DNA from: a virus
IMG/VR virus record: IMGVR_UViG_3300009008_000029
Coordinates: 1-64,000 of that record
Direction: 5' to 3' (one strand)
DNA: 64,000 nt
Shown: piece after piece, positions 58,338-64,000 of the stretch
Layout: every line of letters starts with the position of its first letter
Position numbering within the stretch: position 1 is the stretch's first letter
The notes under the pieces: generated by a model
The model's database searches: none
Told to the model about the DNA's origin: nothing
The model's input: the letters and a program-made list of their open reading frames with translations, nothing else
Position numbers and translations under genes: made by a program

Positions 58338-61300
58338 ATGCCACGGAGAGTGAACCCCGGATCAATCAACACCGGCCCCGGCAAGACCGTTCCGGGCGAC
58401 TCGGATAATCTTGTTTTGTACGGGGATGGGATGTCAGGGGTAGGGCCGAATATCGGTGTTCCCGGCCACATCCCGCCGGGTGGTTCTGCGGAAGCAGGAT
58501 GGCCCAAGCCGTTCATTGAGGGTGGGGGTGGAAGTGGGCTGGAGATGCTCAAGATTCACCTTGAAGACCCCAAGAACGCACACCCTGCGATTGCCATCAG
58601 TATTGATGGATATCCGCCGCTGGTCCTGTCCAACAATGTCGAGGGTGCCCTCGATGAGTTGATGGCTAACATTCCCCCCGAACCCCCCAAGATTGGGCAG
58701 TACAAGCCCTACCTTACCTTGAACGGAATCCCCGACTGGGGTTACTTGCGTATGAATGACGGCCCTCTGGCTGTCCACACCGACATTGGGTCCAACGAGA
58801 CTGGCGACGGTGTCTACCCCTACTACTGGACGGCTCCTTCGCCGACTGAGGACGCTGTATTCACCACGCTAGGCAACGATCCTATTACCGATACCCTTTG
58901 GAACGGCCCCTTGGTGAGTCCCCCCGTTGCGGGAACGCCGACGGGAGTTGCGGGTGCCTTCACCAACTCTTCGGATGAGGTTGTCCGTACCCGATTGTTC
59001 ATGCCGATTGTTGTTGATGACGCTGTTGTAGAGACAATCTCCAACTTGTCCGGGGTCATTTACCCGGCGGACCGTGGTGTAGTAGCACTTCTGCACTGGC
59101 CAGCGGGCGGAACGTTGGTGACGGAGTTTCTGACACAGCCTCTGCTCGACCGGTGTTGGGGTGCTCTCCTTCTAGGTCAAGGCATCATGGGCGGACAGCA
59201 GTGCATCAAAACGGTCGAGGATGCTGTTGAACTATGTGACGGAGACCCCGGCGGCATCTTTGCTCAGGGCACCACAGACGGCCACTATGACCCGTTTACC
59301 TATCCGGGTAGGGCTACGGGTCAGTATGACCTCAGAGAGCTACACACGGGCGTTTCGGGCATTGACGGGACGGCCTTGCCCTCACCTTGGGATTCGGGTG
59401 TGCCGAGGGTCTTGAATTCGGAGACACCGGGGGCCGGTCAGGTGCGTCTGGGAACGGACCCCTTGGCAGGGTCAGACCTGATCCAACCCTATGGGATTCC
59501 CATTTTGGGTGCCACGGTTGGTGCCTACAGCCCAGAACCGGCAGACACCATTCTGGATGACACCTACAAGTACGTTGGTCATATGGCTTTGACCAGCGGC
59601 AACTTCATGAGATACCGGCTGCCCTACCTGAAGGACTACACGGTGGCCACGGGACTCAAGTACACACCAAAGGGTGTTGATCCTTACCTGACAAGAGAGT
59701 CGGCACGGTATTTGGAGGTCGCCGAACCTTATGACCCGGCCTCATCGGACATTGAGTCGGTAGGTGGGGTTGATGTACTCCGGCAAGGTGGGAACTATCC
59801 CAACTTTGAAGAGGACTACTGGGTCTGGCAGCTTGCTCGTATGCGTCAGATGATTTGGCGGGGTCCAGATGCGGTAGGGACCGAACTGGGAACCTTGTGG
59901 CTGGCCCATTTCAAGACAGAGAAAGATTTCGAATCTTGCGTCCGGGATGGGGTGATGCCTTGGGACGCCACCGACGGGTATGAGATGTACGGGATGCAGC
60001 TTGTGGCGGGTATTCCTCCGGTTGTCGGCAATCTGGTGAACGTGGATACCGGATTAACGGCAACGGATTTCCCAGCACCTACTTATGGGTACGGCTCGTT
60101 GTCCTACCATATCCTTCGGTCTTCCGGGTTCGTTGCTGACTATTCCACGTTGCCTACGGCGACGACAGCAACATGGTCCTACTCCGTTCCGGGGGCGACC
60201 TCGCCGGGCGTTGTCTGTGTCTCTGGGGTCTGCTACTTCACCCCCCTGACGACGGCTGGTGTTCAATCCTTCCAGATTGATGATCTCGATGCTGTCTATT
60301 CTGATGCGTGGAAAGACGGATACCGGACCGACGATAATCCGTTGACTAATGATGCGTCACCCGCAGCCCCTGTAGTTCTGTCCAGTGCAAACCCAGCGTT
60401 CTTGGGTTTGGCACCCTTCAGCTATGCGACTGAGGCTGCTGTTCCCACATTCGATATCCCGATTGGGTTTACGGATGCGAGGGGTAAGCGGCTCCAACGG
60501 GTTGAGTTCCCCTACACCAAACTGGGTAGCAATGCGGGTGGGGATTTCGCTGAGGACAATGGGCCACAGGATGCAGATGACCTTGAGGTCCATCTGGATG
60601 GGACACTCAGCCCTCTGGGTGACAAGAGTGTTGCGGCGTTCAGTACGGATGCTGCGCCCCGATTCTTCATCCGGCGGCCTTGGATTGTTGACCCGATTCA
60701 ACCCGTAGACGGGACCAGTCTGGGTACTAAACTGGCTCTGGCAGATACCTCTGGCCATAAGGTCATGTTCCACTCGGGGTACTTTGACGAGTCCGAGGGG
60801 TCTTACGGAAACCATGTTGATGGCAACGATAGGGTCTTTGCCTGTTTGTTGACCTCAGCGAAGGATTCCGCCGAGGTCTTCTTGGATGAGACCTATCGTA
60901 TCCGGGAAGAGTGGCATAGTGACCTAGGGACAACGCAGACGGTCCTTGCCGGTCCGGGAATGAAGAACTGGGTCGGCGACGGCATAGCGGTTCCTGTCCG
61001 CATGGGCGATTTGACAGGGTACAACGGGACCATTGAAGACCTATGGAAGACCTCATGCTTCGTTCATGAGGGGCTTCACGCTGCGGCACTTCCCAGCGGC
61101 GAGCTTCGGGTGGGTGGTTTGCCTGAGCGTAATCCTCCGGCTACGAACTGGTTGACGGACCCCTTCCCTGCGGCGGGGCTGCTTTGTTACCCCCAGACGG
61201 ATTACAGTTCTGACTACCGGCCTTCCTTTGCTGAGACGGGGTATGCACAGCCCGACTATTCTGGGGAGACGGGACGCAAGAAGTTCGTTCGATGTCTCGA

Positions 61301-61904
61301 TGCCTCGTTTGTTCGTAATGCAACCCAACGAATTGATGCTGCGGGGCAACCCTTCTTTGTCATTCAGATTGATGGCCTGACCCTTGACGATTTCAAGTAT
61401 CAGGCACCGGGACCGGGTAAGTACAACGATGCCAACATCGGGATCGCTATTTCGGTCAAGATTCCGGGTTTGACGACGTGGATGGATCTGGGTCGGCTTG
61501 ACGGGGACGGACCCGGAAAGCAGGACAATACCGTTGATGGTGCTGGTTGTCAGGTAGCTGGGCCTTACACATACACGGGCGTCAGTTCCTCCACAGGGAT
61601 GGTGTTCAGTCAGGTCCAAGTGCATGTGGGGCCGGATGTAGCATTGGCTTACGGTGCCTCCTATGACGACGCTGGGACAACTCGGTATGAGGTTCCAGTT
61701 CTGGTCAAGGTTGAAATGACGGAAGCGGCTGTAGACTACAACCTGACGAAACCTGCCACGGGGGTGGGGACGTTTGGTAGTGCCGACCCCTCGGCGTTGG
61801 CACACCAAATCCGAGGGGTCACCGGTATTTCGATTCTACACCCCTCCCGGTGGGTTGCTTTGACGGAAGAGATGAAAACCCTGTACGACACCCTGCTGGG
61901 ATGA
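58338..61904 (+). CDS. putative tail fibre-associated structural protein
   Basis: HLED...AHPA.AIS...NVEGALDEL fibre-type motif near the N-terminus. Start moved to ATG 58338 behind GGGAG. Confidence 0.5.
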   Translation: MPRRVNPGSINTGPGKTVPGDSDNLVLYGDGMSGVGPNIGVPGHIPPGGSAEAGWPKPFIEGGGGSGLEMLKIHLEDPKNAHPAIAISIDGYPPLVLSNNVEGALDELMANIPPEPPKIGQYKPYLTLNGIPDWGYLRMNDGPLAVHTDIGSNETGDGVYPYYWTAPSPTEDAVFTTLGNDPITDTLWNGPLVSPPVAGTPTGVAGAFTNSSDEVVRTRLFMPIVVDDAVVETISNLSGVIYPADRGVVALLHWPAGGTLVTEFLTQPLLDRCWGALLLGQGIMGGQQCIKTVEDAVELCDGDPGGIFAQGTTDGHYDPFTYPGRATGQYDLRELHTGVSGIDGTALPSPWDSGVPRVLNSETPGAGQVRLGTDPLAGSDLIQPYGIPILGATVGAYSPEPADTILDDTYKYVGHMALTSGNFMRYRLPYLKDYTVATGLKYTPKGVDPYLTRESARYLEVAEPYDPASSDIESVGGVDVLRQGGNYPNFEEDYWVWQLARMRQMIWRGPDAVGTELGTLWLAHFKTEKDFESCVRDGVMPWDATDGYEMYGMQLVAGIPPVVGNLVNVDTGLTATDFPAPTYGYGSLSYHILRSSGFVADYSTLPTATTATWSYSVPGATSPGVVCVSGVCYFTPLTTAGVQSFQIDDLDAVYSDAWKDGYRTDDNPLTNDASPAAPVVLSSANPAFLGLAPFSYATEAAVPTFDIPIGFTDARGKRLQRVEFPYTKLGSNAGGDFAEDNGPQDADDLEVHLDGTLSPLGDKSVAAFSTDAAPRFFIRRPWIVDPIQPVDGTSLGTKLALADTSGHKVMFHSGYFDESEGSYGNHVDGNDRVFACLLTSAKDSAEVFLDETYRIREEWHSDLGTTQTVLAGPGMKNWVGDGIAVPVRMGDLTGYNGTIEDLWKTSCFVHEGLHAAALPSGELRVGGLPERNPPATNWLTDPFPAAGLLCYPQTDYSSDYRPSFAETGYAQPDYSGETGRKKFVRCLDASFVRNATQRIDAAGQPFFVIQIDGLTLDDFKYQAPGPGKYNDANIGIAISVKIPGLTTWMDLGRLDGDGPGKQDNTVDGAGCQVAGPYTYTGVSSSTGMVFSQVQVHVGPDVALAYGASYDDAGTTRYEVPVLVKVEMTEAAVDYNLTKPATGVGTFGSADPSALAHQIRGVTGISILHPSRWVALTEEMKTLYDTLLG

Positions 61905-61917
61905 CGTGGAGTGACTG

Positions 61918-64000
61918 ATGACGACGATCAATAAAGATGCATGGCAAGAGCGATTGACCACACGGACTACGGTGCCAGCTTCCGAGGTGGTACAGGCTGT
62001 GGAGGCCATTCGTGGCCTTGCGGGTTCGTGGGCCGCTGCCTATGCCTTTGATCTGGGGGTCCGTTCCACTACGGCACAGAATTCCAGTGCCCCCTCCCCG
62101 ATCCTTGCCAAGACCTCCAAATTGGGACAGCCCGGCTTCCCGGAGATCAACTTTGCACCCTACTCCCACGGCACCAACCGTTTCGGAACCAAGGGCGGTT
62201 CTTTCATCGGGCACCCCATTTCCTTCTCACCGGTAGGTCCAACGGGGAAACACTCGGACGTTGTTTGGCGGTGGAAGGTCACGGATAACTCCGGTGAGGC
62301 CGAGGGCGATATTCTGGAGATGGAAGATCAGACTCTGAATGAGCAGGTCACCACCCTCTACGGGATTGAGGATGCAACCTCCGTGTACTTCCCCGGCGGC
62401 CTGTACGTTGTCATTTCCCAGACGGGCGACCCCGGTTTGCTGGGCTCATCAGCGGGTGGTTTGGGTGACGGGTATCTGAGGAATCAGGCTGCGGGTGACG
62501 TGCCCTTGACCCCTGCGGATTCCACCAGCAAGTACGAGATCTTCCGGGTCATTTCACTGGACCGGGTTACGAGGACCAAACTCACGTTGGACCCCGCCAA
62601 GCGTTTGGCGGACTACTTCACCATCGCCGAGGGGCCGGATGTACCTTACGTAGACAAGATCATGCTCCTTCAGCCCCAAGCAACTCGTTTGGTTGCGGTT
62701 CCCACCCCCGGTGAGACAAAGGGTGCGGAGCAGACCTTTGCGGTAGTGCCGCCCCCTAGGGCACTCAACACGGATGAGCAGTACCCCTTGAACCAATGGA
62801 AAACGGCGACATGGCAAGAGGACGCTTTCCCGAACCACGATCTGGCTGCGGGAACGGACTTCGAATACACCAACAAGCCGTTAACCCCGTTGGCCAAGCC
62901 CACCGGCAAGAGCACTCTTTGGTTGTACGGAACTGCCGGTGATACCGCTGCGGAGGCCATCCCAGCGGGCCGTTTTGCTGTGTTGGAAAGGTACGGGGAT
63001 TCCGCCCGTGTGGGAGACATTATCCGGGTCCATGATGTGAATGCCCGAGGTGATGCGGTGATGAACCCGGACTCCGGGACGGGTCGTCGTGCTTCGTTGG
63101 ACACGCTTCTGGGTTACTTTGAGGTCATGGAACTGTTCACCGGGGGCTACTACGTCCGGCGGATGGAGGAGATGTCCCCAGATACGGGACAGATGTTTGT
63201 TGGTAGCTGGCCGAGTCTCTGTCAGGAAGGAACCCCCAGCAATACGAGCCACATCGAACTTCAGGTCACCATTCATAGTTCTGTATCCTCACTATGGACG
63301 GGCACATATTATGATGTGACGGAGTTGGAATCCGTCCGACTTCGGAACCTGATCGACCCCTCACAGGTCAAATCCACGGCGAAAGTACCAGAGGACACCC
63401 TCGTTACCAGCACGACACGGCTATTGGGTCAGAGCAAGGGCCGGGCGGACCGGGCCGTCTTTGATACCAGTTCTACAAACTCGGGTGTTGCAAACTCCAA
63501 TGCTGATCCCGGCAACCTGCTGGACCTTGGATTCCGCATGGTCTTGTACCCGGCGGTTGCCCGGACAGAGACCATCAACCCAGCCGGAGATACCGCAATC
63601 CTGACGGCACCCGATTGGGATCGTCCTATCAAGACGAACGAGGTCGTTCTCGATCCTTCCAAGCCGGAGGAGAAGCAGTACATCGAGGTGGACTACTCCA
63701 ACGGAATGGTTCACCTTTCACACGTCCCGACAGAAGGCAGTGACGTGTGGCCCGGTGACATGACGGACGTTACCGACAACCCCAGAGGCGAACTGGTCCT
63801 GTTTGCTTGCTGCGTGCCCTACTCCCAAGAGGAAGGGCAGATGGGAACGGGTGTCCGGGCGACGGCTTCCGCTATCACTGGAGTCCCTGACCAGTGTGTC
63901 CCAGACCCGGTAGGTGGGGCCGACCAGAATCAGACGGATGCATTCAGTACCCGTCTTTGCTACCCCCTGATTGCTCAGACCATCACAACGAACCACGACG
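61918..64000 (+). CDS. large structural protein, truncated by the window end (MTTINKDAWQER..., >690 aa)
   Basis: ATG at 61918 behind GGAG. I translated it by hand without stops to about 62640 and over the last line, and the frame appears open throughout. Missing from the ORF track, presumably because it has no stop codon in the window. Confidence 0.8.
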   Translation, partial: MTTINKDAWQERLTTRTTVPASEVVQAVEAIRGLAGSWAAAYAFDLGVRSTTAQNSSAPSPILAKTSKLGQPGFPEINFAPYSHGTNRFGTKGGSFIGHPISFSPVGPTGKHSDVVWRWKVTDNSGEAEGDILEMEDQTLNEQVTTLYGIEDATSVYFPGGLYVVISQTGDPGLLGSSAGGLGDGYLRNQAAGDVPLTPADSTSKYEIFRVISLDRVTRTKLTLDPAKRLADYFTIAEGPDVPYVDKIMLLQPQATRLVAVPTPGETKGAEQTFAVVPPPRALNTDEQYPLNQWKTATWQEDAFPNHDLAAGTDFEYTNKPLTPLAKPTGKSTLWLYGTAGDTAAEAIPAGRFAVLERYGDSARVGDIIRVHDVNARGDAVMNPDSGTGRRASLDTLLGYFEVMELFTGGYYVRRMEEMSPDTGQMFVGSWPSLCQEGTPSNTSHIELQVTIHSSVSSLWTGTYYDVTELESVRLRNLIDPSQVKSTAKVPEDTLVTSTTRLLGQSKGRADRAVFDTSSTNSGVANSNADPGNLLDLGFRMVLYPAVARTETINPAGDTAILTAPDWDRPIKTNEVVLDPSKPEEKQYIEVDYSNGMVHLSHVPTEGSDVWPGDMTDVTDNPRGELVLFACCVPYSQEEGQMGTGVRATASAITGVPDQCVPDPVGGADQNQTDAFSTRLCYPLIAQTITTNHD

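Noticed and set aside
1-64000. CRISPR array, tRNA, diversity-generating retroelement, intron/intein, or alternative genetic code
   Set aside because: I saw no spaced repeats, cloverleaf, reverse transcriptase or TR/VR pair, or intein/homing motifs. Genes are long and tightly coupled under the standard code, and all three stop codons are used.
751-64000. Bacterial eCIS/T6SS rather than phage
   Set aside because: Not favoured: there is no Afp15-like ATPase, toxin cargo or membrane complex, and the scale, tape measure, private promoter motif and restriction-site avoidance fit a jumbo phage. It is not fully excluded because head genes are outside the window.

Overview
This window is almost entirely one co-oriented (+ strand), tightly packed contractile-tail morphogenesis module, most likely from a large (jumbo-type) myovirus. 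No capsid, terminase or replication genes are in view, so a giant capsid-less contractile injection system cannot be formally excluded. Gene order: FmdB-type Zn-ribbon; 1770-aa tail sheath; a 4.5-kb accessory island (Hsp20-like, RelA/SpoT-type HD hydrolase, DUF4313-like on the - strand; MerR-HTH and VIT-vWA on the + strand); tail tube; two related chaperone-like genes; tape measure; two tube-initiator-like genes; a 1680-aa hub with an inserted M15-type peptidase; spike; a 3790-aa structural protein; gp25-like, baseplate-J-like and gpI-like wedge proteins; and fibre-associated proteins, the last running off the window. The strongest unexplained signals are non-coding. (1) Two homologous, structured ~180-190 nt RNA-like elements with a covarying apical hairpin, one in the sheath leader (541-730) and one just after the tube gene (11817-11996). 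(2) A fixed-spacing tripartite motif, CRNT-N7-CWAT-N13-TRR, ahead of four structural gene blocks, a candidate phage late promoter. (3) A 12-bp-period direct-repeat array over the MerR/VIT-vWA promoter. (4) Apparent avoidance of CGCG and CCWGG. All functional calls come from motif recognition by eye and synteny; no database search was run.
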